Below, piece after piece: positions 1 through 12,979 of a stretch of 64,000 bases of DNA. The notes under the pieces are model-generated. The model saw only the letters and a list, made by a program, of their open reading frames with translations, ran no database searches and was not told the origin of the DNA. Numbering within the stretch: position 1 is the first letter of the stretch; each line of letters opens with the position of its first letter. The stretch covers positions 22,568,001-22,632,000 of the forward strand of contig NC_083276.1 of the NCBI RefSeq assembly GCF_963506605.1, read 5' to 3'. Origin of the DNA: Zootoca vivipara (lineage: Eukaryota). Position numbers and translations under genes: made by a program.

Positions 1-554
1 CTTCAGAGGTGTTCAGAGCGCTCTTCTTCCTTTTCCTGTGAGACCCCTGAACAGAGTCCTGGGTTGTGTCTGCTGCTCCAAGCCACAGTCTTAAGGCTTG
101 CACCAAGTCTGAATAACTTCCCCTCTTTCCTTGGAGTGTTTTCTGCCCACCTATCAGGGCTGGTCCAGTCAGATTGCCTACCCTCTTTCTGCCCAACATC
201 CCAACCGCTTAAGGAGTTTACATCAAATTGGGAATGATTAAGTTTCCCAGGATATTTTCATAGAATCAGAGAACAGGAGTATCAAATTGTAGAGTTGGAA
301 GGGGACCCCAAGGGTCATGTAGTCCAACCCCCTGCACTGCAGGAATCTCAACAGTCTTCTGTTGGAGGTGCCCTTTACTTGAAGAGCTGCCTAGTTTAAA
401 GGTGAAGAACTGTGTGGAGCAGGGATCCTGAACACAATTCATTTGATCACAGTTTCCCCACTATAGAGATATATTGTATTTCTATTTAAATTATAGTAAT
501 TGTTTTTAAATTTTTATCACAGGGAAGGTGTTTCAGATCCCTGCACCTTTTTTT

Positions 555-645
555 CTGGACCATTTCTAGTACTATCATGGGTTTTTTAAAGATGGCACGA
601 CCAGAACTGTACACAGCATTCCAAGAGTGGTCTAACCATAGAGTC
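555..645 (-). mobile_element. CR1 ORF2 fragment
   Basis: The - strand encodes VRPLLECCVQFW (CR1 motif VRPHLEYCVQFW). Confidence 0.7.
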
Positions 646-1824
646 ATATAATACTCAGGAGCCAGAAGGGTTGAAGAATAAAAATTTCCAGTGGAAGGGG
701 GTGAGGCATCAGTGCCCCAAGGTAGCTCCATGCGCTTCCCCAAAGACTACCAGAAGCAAAATGAATTGTGCAAAATACCACAACTGTGCACAGTAGTGCA
801 ATGGAAGATAAACCATGCAAATTTTCCTGATACAGGTCACATAATTCACACTTTCTTTGCACAGAGTTGTGATTTATGTTTCCAAAGGGCAGATTGCACC
901 CAGATTGTGGCATATTAATTACAAAGCGCTAGAATAAGAAATCATCTACACCCAAACCAGAGGTTGATCTGCCAACTGGGCTTTTGGGTCCTGCAGAGTA
1001 GAATGGCGATAGGTTTCAACCATAGCATGCAGAGCCTCAGAGAAGCCAATGATTTGTTTTTAGAGAGGGAAGTTTGACCGAGGTGAAATGAGTCTTCAAA
1101 ACTTCAACGTTATGTTTAAAGAAATTAAACTGTTATTTGTTTTTAATTTCCTCTGAATTGCCTACCCTTCATCCAAGGATTCCAGGGTCGTGCACAATAT
1201 GCATAAATAAAATTATATCCATACACAATAGAAGTACAATAAACATGACCTTCATGACAACAAAATATGAGACAAAAAAACCTCAAACACAGAACCACAA
1301 ACACTAAAGCAATGTAACTGTTTACAATGCTAAATTGGTGACCAAAATGTTTGCAGTTGTATACCAGTATATATTCTAAGTATTTGTAGAACAATGGGGT
1401 TTACACAAATCTTTAATTAGATAAGAAGTCTAGGAAGTACCTTCGGAGATTAACTGGCTGTACAATAGGATCCTATTGTGAAGCAGTTTATAGTGATTTT
1501 CCATTAGATTAGGTTATGTCACCATTAAATATGGCAAATAATGCTAATTCGGATTCACATACCAACAAGAACGGGCATTGATTCCATGAAGTCCTGATGA
1601 TATATACTGTACTTGATATGCTTGACAACTTGGAATACGTGAACTGGGTCAACCTGGGGTCTCCTGCTGTTTTTTGACTACAATTCCCATCATCCCTGAC
1701 CAGGTCCTGCTAGCTAGGGATGATGGGAGTTGTAGTCCAATAACAGCTGGAGACCCAAGTTTCGGCAAACACTGGCATACATGCTATATCAGCCTTGGGA
1801 AACCTTTCTCCTCTCAAATCCCAC

Positions 1825-1995
1825 AGGGAAGGGCTGCAGTTAAGCAGTAGAACACCTGCTTTGCATGCAGAAGCTTCCAAGTTCAATCCCCAGCATCTTC
1901 AGGTAGGTATGGGAGAGATCCCCTCCGTGAAATCCCAGTTCCAGTCAATAGGGAGCTAGGTGGACCAATGGTCCGACTCAGTAGAATGTGACTTC
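1825..1995 (+). mobile_element. tRNA-derived SINE (other copies near 33320-33460 -, 43290-43410 +, 53880-54010 -)
   Basis: Degenerate A/B boxes (gtagaacacctgctttgcatgcagaag...gttcaatccc) and ggaccaatggtccgactcagta body. Confidence 0.65.
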
Positions 1996-2662
1996 TCGTG
2001 TTATATCAGAGGGATTTTGTCGGGGCTGGAGCCAGGGATGGGCAGGATCCGAGCCAAAGGTCAGAGTGGCACCCCTCCTCTTTCTGCCAGCTCCCCCCCC
2101 CCAAAAAAATCTTGCCTCAATGACAAAATTAGGAGGTCTACATGCAGCTCACCCTTGGCTTACATGGTGGTGTGTAATTGCAAAAATAGCCCCGAGTGGC
2201 AGTGTTGCCAGGGTGCTGCATCTTGAAGCACTGGTTAATATAACTTTTAACTGTTCTTTTGTTTCAAAATAGTAATTAAGCAAGCATTAAACTTGGAGCC
2301 AGGCCTCTCCCAGAGGTCCTTGCTGGCCAGCAATTTGCAGTTCCAGTTAATGTGTAACATTAAATAGCCCTCTAGATCTTCTCTGAAACCAACCTCCTTA
2401 TCTTTTAGAAAAGAAAAAGATTAGCCATTCGGCAGATAATATGCCTTAAAAAAAAATCAGCACCTCATGATTTTCTTCTCAGATTACCTTTTAGTGGTCT
2501 GGGAGGTGTTTAACTTTTACTTCCCACTCTCCCCCCCCTTCCCGGTTCTATATTGTGGATATTTAGTTAATATGTAACATTAAAGTTGATGAGAATCAAT
2601 GATGTTCTCTTAAGAACTGAATGGAAGCTAGAAGAGACTTCATGGATCAAGTGACCAAGCAG

Positions 2663-2808
2663 CAGGCCTGGCTCTAGGTGTAGTCCCAGTGGTGCGGGGC
2701 AGCAGGGGGGACGCTCGCGGCAAAGCCGCGCGGAAGCTGTGCTGCGCGCTGGGAGGGCGCCGGACCGATCTCCGCACCAGGGCGCCCGACTTGCTTGAGA
2801 CGGCCCTG
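2663..2808. mobile_element. GC-rich hAT MITE
   Basis: CAGG...CCTG ends with a perfect 8-bp TSD CCAAGCAG. Confidence 0.82.
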
Positions 2809-2952
2809 CCAAGCAGTTATAAAATTTATGTTCTAGGGAACCCCAGAATTCCTTGGAAGGTTACTGGTTGTCTTAGCTAGGAAATTGGTGGAAATGGAAT
2901 TCTGAAACACTAGGTGCTCTTTTCTCCCAATTCTACTTAAAAGCACAGGGAG

Positions 2953-3592
2953 CAGGGCCGACTTAAGCCTATCTGACGCCGTGGTGTAGGGATCTCTTGG
3001 GCGCCCTCCACTCCCACCCTTCCCTCCCTTCCACCACCTCGATGGAGCGCAACAGGAGGTCCCCAGCCTGGGAATCTGGCCCGTCTCTTCCCTCTGGCCC
3101 CAAAGACGGGCTCGTGCACCCGCTTTGGGGAGCCGCCCCGCGCGCTCCTTGGAGAGGTTACCTGGCCTGGAGCGCAAATGGGGCCACCGCGCCGCTCCTC
3201 CTCCTGCGGCTCCTCCGCCCCCTGGGCAGACGAGGCGTCTCCACTTTACAAAAATCGCCGAGCCAGAGGCGGTAATGGTAGTGGCAGCAGCGGCAGCAGC
3301 AGAAAGGGAGGCAGGGATGCTGCCACCTGTGCTCTGCCTCTGCCTGTTGGCCAAAGCGGCTGTGCGGCACTGCCGCCCAGGGAGCCCTGGCTGCCACGCC
3401 AAAGGGAGACTCATGGCCGGCTTCCCCGCAACAGCGCCCACATCTCGATATGAGGCGGGTGAGAGCAGCGCTGCCAGCATGGCTTGAGGGCGGCTCCTCC
3501 CACAGGGCACGGCACGGCATGGCGGAGGCGCCCTCCAAAACGTGGCACCATGGCGCCTTGTGCCAGTAGCCTCTATGGCTAAGACACCCCTG
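2953..3592. mobile_element. GC-rich non-autonomous hAT element
   Basis: CAGGG...CCCTG imperfect TIR. 8-bp TSD ACAGGGAG/GCAGGGAG. Confidence 0.72.
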
Positions 3593-6500
3593 GCAGGGAG
3601 ACGCAGAAGAGAGTTGGGTGTGTTCACTGCTTCTCACTATCAGGCCTCATAAGCAGCAGAGGTCCCTTCAGGCATTGTGGAAAAACAGGGAAGACAACAA
3701 ATGAGAGGAGCCAGAGAGTTGACTACAGGACAGTGCTGTCCATGAGGCAGACTGAGGCACCTGCCTCAGGTGATGGAATCCAAGGAGCACCTCTGCAACA
3801 ATCTGGTCTGCTTTCGTATGTGCAACTGAGGAGAGTCCCACCTTGTCCTTCACTTCAAGCAACAAAAGGTCTAGGGGCGGCCCTGGCCAAGTTCCTTTCA
3901 CTTTAACCACTTTGTCCCGGTGCTTCAAAAGGCCGAAGGTCAGCCTTGCCATAAAGCTACTGTAAGATGTATAGAATACCCTGAACAAAGAGATTTGCGA
4001 AAGCTATTCACATGAGGAAATTGGGGGATTAAGTCCGAGTCTCAGCTTTCACAGCTCACAAAAGCTCTGACAAATAAACTCCTCCATACTACAAGTACTG
4101 TATATCAAGTTCCTTTTGTGTCATGTATTCTCGGATGGTTATTTACTGTTTTTCTTCCTTGTTAGGCCAGATGCCAAATAGCATTCATTACACGTTTTCC
4201 CGCCCTTAATCCCAACCATGAGTAAGGGAAAACTATATATAGTTTCTAATGCCACAGTCTTGAAATCACTGAAATAGGCCCATGGAGAATTGCAGTGTAA
4301 ACAGCTTCCAACTTCATTATACATTTCATGCACTCATACCTGTGAGCCATGGCTTTTTATGTGATTTTTTTTTAATGAATGGCACTTGTTTCCAAGGTAT
4401 CCAAGCAACTACAGTACAATCACACCTTACTCAGGAGTTTGGTTCCAAGGCATATGCCCAAACCCCTGGAACCAGTGAGTGGGAGAGAAATGGAGAGCAT
4501 GTTCTGCATGCCCAGAGCCCACATGACAAGTAGGTCTTGCCCAGCAAGCAAGGCTGAGAGGTTAAAAGCTCTTTCTGCACTGGGTAACCCAAGTGGACCT
4601 TACAAAGACAGCCTATATAGGCTGAGTTAGGGGATCTATTTTCACTTGCAGATCTGTTTTCCCCAAGCCCCACCCACCTGCCCCACCTTGAGCAGGTAAA
4701 GAGATCACTGGAACGACTGGGCTTCCAGACAGGTCGCGTTCCTGCCAAAAGCAGAGCTTGAAGGCAACACCGACCAGGTGGTTAGCAAGTCCTGCTATGT
4801 CTGACCTGCACTCAGGAGTTTCCCATCAGGAACGTCACAAGCACAGTTTTAATTCATTTAATTCATTTGTTCCTTTGCCACCTGGCTTGAACTCAAGGTG
4901 TATTGTGAAGGGAAAATGGGTTGACTGATGTCACAGCAATATCAGGTGACAGGCAGGTGTGTGGCACAACCCACCTGTTCAGTGGCATGTAGGGAGTGGG
5001 GAAGTTCGGGATCTGGCCCACCAGTTGGATCCTGTTCTACATCTATGATGTGTAGACTATCCAGAACTTGATAGAACAGTGGTCTGACTTTAAATGTAGA
5101 TGTTAAAAGTAGTTGTGGCAGCACTGGAGAATAACCCTGCAACTACCCCTCTCCATACAGGTGTTTTTATTATTAGAATCTTTCTCATAGGTATTTGCCC
5201 CATGTGCAGCTACTTGTATGCATCTCCATGTCATGTCTCATTTGAAAAGGACAAAAAGAAGCCTGCGATGGCTATGATTTTTTATATGCTCTTTTTTTCT
5301 TCTTTTTATTTTGAGCTAGTGGGAAGATAGTTTGGTTCCACATAACGGCAGTCTTTCAGGTCCCTTCAAAGTGGTCTCTCTCTGTGTGTGGATCAAGACT
5401 GACATCCAACCTGCAAATTTCTATATCCATGTACCTTTCAGAATCTTTATTGAATTCAGCACCCTGTGCAAGACTCTCCGCCCTAGGTGCAAAGTGGATT
5501 CTCTGTCTCCTGCGGTCTAAGCCTTAGAAAGCTTAATTTGAATTGGACTCCCCTCTGAGTTCTCATTTGCAAGGGACATGGGAGCATGCATCTTAAAAAT
5601 GAGATGCTAGGAAACTAAGATGGGTTTCTCAAATGCAGTCTGTAGTCGCTGTGATTGAGAATTACCCCGTATCACAGGGGAACGGAGGTCGTGCTTTCCC
5701 CTGACCTGAAGATCTTTTCCTACATCAAGTGAGACTGCAGTTGCTGGATTGTTGTCTTCCTGTTGGGTGTTTCTAGGGACGATTACTTTCAGTCCCCAGG
5801 CTTTGTTCTCTCAATTTCTGTGTGTTTTTGGACAATGGGTCTTTCTCTGTTCCGTCTCTCTATTGTTGATTTTTCTTTCCTATTATTTTGGTTTTCCGTT
5901 ATTCTTCGTCTTTAGACTAGTCTGACTTTTTTGGATTTTATGTTGAAAGCTTTTACTGTAATTTAAAAAAAATCTTTTTTTTTTTTAAAAAAAAGACAAT
6001 TGGTTCTACTAGCCCAAATACCTGCAATGTGAACCCAGACTTTAAAACATATCTTTGGCAACTGAATCATGTAACATAAATGCTGAGTTTTGTTTTGTTT
6101 TTGCCCTTCTTTATTAACAACAACATGAACAGATAAAATAACTAACTAGAAATATATAATTTATATCGAAGCTTGTTCTGCCTCTTTCTTTTTAAATAAA
6201 CCTGTTTTATTACATTTTGGATCTTAAAAGCCATTGGACCTAGAGGGACTGCCAGACCAGCTCGCTTTATGAAAAGAGCTCCATGCTAACCTAGGGCAGT
6301 TGATCCTATCTTGGATGGTAAACAAGAAACAGAGCAGGTCCATGACAGCTGGCCCAGACATAGCTATCCTGGCCAGAGTGATTTTCATCCACTTTGAATG
6401 GGCATCTATTACTGCCAGGGAGGGGAACTGATACAAGAAAAGAGCTCCAAACAAGTCAAAGGCCTGAACAATCAGGTTCAGGATTCCCATTGCCATTCCC

Positions 6501-6685
6501 ATGCCGGTGCTTCTGACCCATGGAATAACTTCTTCAGGTGTTGGAATAATGGACAAGCTCAGCCCTCGTTGTTCTACATCTGCATTTCATCAAGGCCACC
6601 AGAAGGAGAGGAACCCACACCCAAGCACCCTCTATCATGTCTGGAAGCAGCTTTGGCTGTGAGCTCTTTTCTCTCCCTCTGCCAC

Positions 6686-6848
6686 GCCAGTGCAAGTAGA
6701 TAAATAGGAGGTGGTACCGCTGCGGCGGTAAGGTAAACGGGGTTTCTGTGCACTCTGGTTGTGGTGCCCCGATGCACCAGAAGCGGATTAGTCTTGCTGG
6801 CCACATGACCCGGAAAGCAGCTCCCTCAGCCTGAAAGCGAGATGAGCT
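6686..6848 (+). mobile_element. Sauria SINE fragment
   Basis: gtgcaagtagataaatagg...ctggccacatgacccggaa core. Confidence 0.8.
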
Positions 6849-7789
6849 GGGTTTGGGCTAGGTGTTCACCAGTATGCGGATGATACCCAGCTCTACCTCT
6901 CTTTTACATCATAACCAGTGAAGGTCCTGTGTGAGTGCCTGGAGGAGGTTGGAGGATGGATGGCAGCTAACAGATTGAGGTTGAATCCTGACAAGACAGA
7001 AGTACTGTTTCTGGGGGACAGGGTGGGCGGGTGTGGAGGACTCTCTGCTCCTGAATGGGGTAACTGTGCCCCTGAAGGACCAGGTGCACAGCCTGGGAGT
7101 CCTTTTGGACTCACATCTGTCCATGGAGACGCAGGTCAATTCTGTGTCCAGGGCAGCTGTTTATCAGCTCCATCTGGTACGCAGGCTGAGACCTTACCTG
7201 CCCACAAACTGTCTCGCCAGAGGGGTGCATACTCTAGTTATCTCTTGATTGGATTACTGCAATGCGCTCTACATGGGGCTACCTTTGAAGGTGACCTGGA
7301 AACTACAACTAAGCCAGAATGCAGCAGCTAGACTAGTGACTGGGAGCAGCTGCCGAGACCACATAACCCCAGTCTTGAAAGACCTACATTGGCTCCCAGC
7401 ACATTTCTGAGCACAATTCAAAGTGTTGGTGCTGACCTTTAAAGCCCTAAACGGCCTCGGTCCAATATACCTGAAGGAGCGTCTCCACCCCCATCATTCT
7501 GCCCGGACACTGAGGTCCAGCGCTGAGGGCCTTCTGGCGGTTCCCTCGTTACGAGAAGCCAAGTTACAGGGAACCAGGCAGAGGGCCTTCTCGGTAGTGG
7601 CACCCGCCCTGTGGAACACCCTCCCACCAGATGTCAAAGAGAAAAACAACTACCAGACTTTTAGAAGACATCTGAAGGCAGCCCTGTTCAGGGAGGCTTT
7701 TAATGTTTAATAGATTATTGTATTTCAATGTTTTGTTGGAAACCGCCCAGAGTGGCTAGGGAAACCCAGCCAGATAGTCATGGTATAAA

Positions 7790-7832
<43 letters not shown>

Positions 7833-7875
7833 ACAGTATTATTATTATCAGGGTATAAATAATAAATTATTATTA
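6849..7875 (+). mobile_element. L2-clade LINE 3' fragment (from the RT YADD motif to the 3' UTR)
   Basis: QYADDTQLY, LNPDKTEVL, LGVLLD, LDYCNAL and LHWLP motifs. Microsatellite tail. Confidence 0.9.
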
Positions 7876-9633
7876 TACTGGATGAATTATTGTATTTTAA
7901 TATTCTGGTGGAAGCTGCCCAGGGTGGCTGGGGAAACCCAGCCAGATGGGTGGGTATAAATAAATTATTATTATTATTATTAATATTAATATTATTATCC
8001 CAGTCACCTTTGACAGGACTTAAGCGTCCAGGGGTCCTTCACCTTTTTACCTTTACTGTAATGAGCATTACAATGTTAGTTTGTAACAAATAACTGGAGC
8101 CTGGGTTTACTTTTTCCTCCTCCCTTCCAAACCCTTTTCCTTTTGTGTCGTATCTTCTAGGGGCTCATCCACATTTCTGCTTTTCCCACTGCTTTCCCCC
8201 AGGGAAAGCCCTCTGTTTACTGCTGAACCGGAGCAAACATGAACTGGGTTTTCTCTGGATTGACGTTTACTCTGATTTGGTGCCAAAGAGTGGGTTTTCT
8301 GCGGGGAAGCGGGAGGGCGAAATAAAAACTGCTTGGACCCATGCCTAGAAAGCACAGAGAAGCGGAAGTGTGGATGAGCCCTAAGATTGTGAGCCTGATG
8401 CCAGAGGCTTCTTTATCTAAGTTGCTCTGGAAGCCTTTTTTGCCTCTAGAAAGGGTCAAAATCAGAGATAGTTAAACTCTGCCCCAAGGCGACTGCTCCT
8501 CCTAGCCAATTTTTCTAGCCCTGCACCCCACCCCAAACCCAAGTGATTTTGATAGCAGTGGTGGCAAAAAAAAAACCCAACAGCAAAAAAAGAAAATCAA
8601 GCAGACATAATGCTGGGATTTAAACCTCTCTACCCAGCCCAGCACCTAGATGGGGATGCAAATTGCCCTCTCCCTGGCCATCACATTGATCATCTGATAT
8701 GTGGGGAGGGAGTAATACCCCTCCTCCTCTGATGATCTGTATAGTTCAGTGGAGAAGGGGAACTGCATGCCCGCCCGCCCCCCCCCCCCCCCGATGTATG
8801 CATGTGACAAAATGCATTCCACTGCTGGCGAAAGGACCCCCAAATGGCTGGCCAGGGATGAGCGTAGCCCTCTTGTCAGCAAAGGTTAGCCACCTTTGTT
8901 TTCACTAAAACAGTAATAAATAAATTGCATTCATACCTAGCAAATATGTCGCTCCTGCCCAGCAGTTTTATTCAAGCCAAACCGGGAACAGGCTTGCATC
9001 CAGCTTCTCCATTAACAGATTTCTTGCCAAAGGAGAACTCCGCTTTGGAGACTTAATTCCTCAGCACCTATGAATGTGTGTTCAAGTGTCCAGATGCTAC
9101 TTTGAGATTATCCATCTTGAACAACCTGCAAGGTCCTTGGCTAAAGCAGGGTGCTGCCGAATCCAGACAGCAATTTGCATAGGTGTTGGAGAGGCTTCTC
9201 CTGCTTTGTTTACAGTCAACACAATTTCCCGAGGCACCAGCGTTTTCTGGTGCCCTTCCCCTTGGTAAGAACTGTGGATGCATATAAACACACGTCTATC
9301 AGGACTCGGCATGTTTATTTTGCCGTCCCCTCATAATGCAAGCTTGCCTTTTCTTTCCAGCCACAGCTCCCCACATCCCTTGCATGCTACAAGCAGCAGA
9401 TCTGCCTCCAAAAATATTTTTTAATGATGCGCTACAGGCATTATATTAAATGTGCCTTTTTCAAAAAGTCTAACCAATTTTTTTTTTAACAAATGCTTAA
9501 TCTATTAAAATTTTACAATAAGCAACCTATGTCACGGGGCTCTTTTAATTTCCATTTGTCAAACAGAGAACAAATCTGGACATCCAGGCCAGCAGGTTCA
9601 TGGTATTAAGGAGGCCTCCCAAGATAAGGCCTA

Positions 9634-9854
9634 CCCTGTTTCTCAGAAAATAAGACGTAGCCATAAAATAAGCCATAGCAGGATTTTTAAGCATTCAAGT
9701 CATACCCCAAAAATAAGCCATAGTGGTATGGCTACAAGGTTAAACTGTACCATACTTAATAAAAAAATAAGACATCCCCTGAAAATAAGCCATAGTGTGT
9801 TTTTTGGAGGAAAAATAAATAGAAGACGGTGTCTTATTTTCAGAGAAACACGGG
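9634..9854. mobile_element. Tigger/pogo/Tc2-like MITE
   Basis: About 23-bp imperfect TIR CCC(G)TGTTTCTC.GAAAATAAGAC with TA flanks. Confidence 0.8.
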
Positions 9855-10609
9855 TATCTCCAAATTGAATATTGAGCAAATGGCAACTTGCTAATCCCTT
9901 TGCTCCTGTCTACATATGTAGGGATGGAAAGGCAGAATAGGCTTTTACAACTTTGAAAAATGGCTTTGGGGAGGAGAGGAGATGGTTTAGTGATGTCAGA
10001 CTGGTTTCTAGCCAATGATTGTTGTTAAAAGCCAGCTTCTGTTGTAAACACACATAGCTGGCTTTCCTGAGCTTGTTACAGGAAAGAGGTGCCTGTCCAA
10101 CTCTAAAATTCTATGATTCTAAGATGCAGGGCATGCAAAATTTTGCAAAACGTAAGAAGACAGTTTGGTTTCCTGGAGGAAGGCTTCTTGATCTAGCCAC
10201 AAGTTTTTGTTCTTCAATAATTAATGGAAAGACAACAATATAACTTCCAAACATTGCATTTAATAGTTTAAAAGCCTTGTGTGTCCTCAACTCCTTTTTA
10301 GAATAAGCTTTTATTTTTTATTTATTTTTTATTGTTTCCATATGTGATGGAAGCCACCCAGAGTGGCTGGGGCAACCCAGCTAGGTGGGCGGGGTATAAA
10401 TAATAAAATTGTTGTTATTTCACAAACCATACATTTGGGTTCCTCATGCAGGAACTCTACCTGGGAAACCTGGCATTCGGGAATCAAAAAATTCTTACCC
10501 TACAACACATATTTAGGGAGCATCTCAGCCTAACCTTTTACTCCAAAGGACCAGTGAGAATATTGCCAACTTTCTTTTTCTTTTTACATGGAATAAAAGA
10601 AAGTAGTAT

Positions 10610-10861
10610 CACAGAGTCTAGGGCTTGCTGATCAGAAGGTCGGCGGTTCGAATCCCTGCAATGGGGTGAGCTCCTGTTGCTCGGTCCCAGCTCCTGCCCA
10701 CCTAGCAGTTCGAAAGCACATCAAAGTGCAAGTAGATAAACCCGGAAGCTGTCTGCGGACAAACGCTGGCTCCCTCGGCCTATAGAGCGAGATGAGTGCC
10801 GCAACCCCAGAGTCGGACACGACTGGACCTGATGGCCAGGGGCCCCTTTACCTTCACCTTT
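10610..10861 (+). mobile_element. Sauria SINE (internally deleted)
   Basis: B box ggttcgaatccc, ctagcagttcgaaagcac core, ACCTTT tail. Confidence 0.9.
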
Positions 10862-10862
10862 A

Positions 10863-11096
10863 AAAGGTAAAGGGACCCCGATCATTAGGTCCAGTCATGA
10901 CCGACTCTGGGGTTGCGCGCTCATCTCGCATTATTGGCCGAGGGAGCTGGCGTATAGCTTCCAGGTCATGTGGCCAGCATGACAAAGCTGCTTCTGGCAA
11001 ACCAGAGCAGCACATGGAAATGCTGTTTACCTTCCCGCTGTAGCGGTTCCTATTTATCTACTTGCATTTTGACGTGCTTTTGAACTGCTAGGTTGG
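10863..11096 (-). mobile_element. Sauria SINE, tail-to-tail with the previous copy
   Basis: Near-identical to 63654-63885. Confidence 0.9.
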
Positions 11097-11681
11097 CCTT
11101 TGGTTCACCTTTAGTACAGTCATTTATAAAGCGGGAGCTGAGCTTGTTGAAGAAGTACCATGCTGGCTGGTTTCAATGGTTGAACAACCACCCACAGAAA
11201 AAGCAGGCAGGTGACTGGATGGTCACCCTTCTGGACTATCGGTATTTTGCAGGAGTAATTCAAGAGCACATTCGACATTTAGGATTGCATAACTGAGTGC
11301 ATAGAAACAGCACACAAGCAAACCAAGATGAATGTTCATTATCGTATAACCTCTTCGCAATACAAATCAGGATGAATGCTCAATAAATATAGCACGTAGT
11401 CTAACCTCTGTGTAAGCAAGCCACCATTAATGATCAATATATGGCTTGTCTGGAGGAGCCGGAAGAACAATGAGCTGTGGGTTTGCACACAAATTTCTTG
11501 CATTTTTGTTTTAAGAATTTTTATTAAGTGATGCTATTAATGGACAATTTCCTTCAGTTTTATCATCAAATTAGTTTCCTCATATTTTGTGATGGCTTTT
11601 AAAAATAGCTTACTGAACTAAGCAACAAACCCATTCAGTGCTCGGCTTATACAAGACTGATGTGAGTCAGTGGGATATATA

Positions 11682-12025
11682 CCGTATTTTCCCGTGTATA
11701 AGACAAGGGTTTTATATTTTAAAATAAGGGGGAAAATTGGGGTTGTCTTATAGATGAGTAGTGCAGAGGGGGGACGGGCAATTGTTGGCAGCCACAAGTA
11801 GGATATATACAGCGGCAATCGGGCAGACAATTGGTGTCTTCTGCGAGGCATGCGATTGGCTGCTGTGGTCAGGCGGGTGAGCGATTGTTGGCAATCCCCC
11901 CTAAAAAGCTCAACAACCCTGGGCAATCCCCCCCCCAAAAGCTTAACAACTCTGGGCAACCTCCCCCCATTTTCTTAATTTGGAGTCCCAAAAATAGGGG
12001 GCATGTTATACACGGAAAAATACGG
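11682..12025. mobile_element. Tigger/Tc2-like MITE
   Basis: TIR CCGTATTTT.CCGTGTATAA with TA flanks. Confidence 0.85.
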
Positions 12026-12979
12026 TATATCACTGATAGATATGGTATATCTATTTATCTCACTGGTTCATGTTCATGGCTTCCAGGAAGGTAATAAAAA
12101 ATATTTATTATCAGACTGCAGGTACCTGACTTTACACTTTGTACTATTAGATTTTGTATCCTCAGTATTATTCTGAAAGGACTAGAGGCCGAGTTAAAAA
12201 ACCAGCAGACCAAAGTGCTAAATCTTTCCCTGCATTGTACTACTTCAAGTTGCTGGTTGGTCATTATCATTTTATCATATATATACCCCGAAAGACTGTG
12301 ATAATCATACTAGCCCAGAAACAATAAACCTCAGTAATCAACAACAGAACTGTTTTATTTTTAACTTCCCAATATGGTTAGATCTTTAATTACTCTATTT
12401 TATGGGCATTTTTAAAAAAGCTTTTTAGGGGTCACTATTGCACTATCATTTGCCCTATGCACCATGAGGCTAAAAGGTGGGATACAAAATTCACAAACAA
12501 GTAGTCTCCCAAACACAGCTCCTCCCCATCCGTCTCCCCCCCCCCGTCCGGTTTTTATAAGGCTGAAACCAAGGAGACTAGACCTGGGTCCCGAATGCTA
12601 ACCCTAGGCAGGCTGAAGGAGCTGTGGGGCATCCATTATATTTCACGGAACTATGAGGTCTAGGAATAAGGGGACATTCTTCGCTCGAGGGGGATGGGGG
12701 TCAACACTTTTCTTCCCATCTTAGCGCTCTTCTCCACTTTCCCCCCAGGAGACCCAAATTGCTGCAGGAGCCCAAACCTCCCTTAAACATATCCGATAGG
12801 CATCCAAAGAAAAGAAAGCTTGCTGCAGAGTTTTTTAATGGATCTGCAAGAAAGGAAGTCTGTTGGATCTCTGTGTTTTCCCCCTTTTCTTTCTTTCTTT
12901 CTTTTTTACAATACGATCCCCCAATTTTCTGCTGCTTTGCCGCTACAAAAAAAAAAAAAGAGCCGCATTTGAAACGGTT

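Noticed and set aside
1825-1900. tRNA gene
   Set aside because: Degenerate SINE head followed by a SINE body, with no intact cloverleaf.
2833-3637. 264-aa and overlapping ORFs as a gene (for example a CALM1 first exon)
   Set aside because: Low-complexity frames inside a TSD-bounded hAT element, with no calmodulin or other recognisable peptide.
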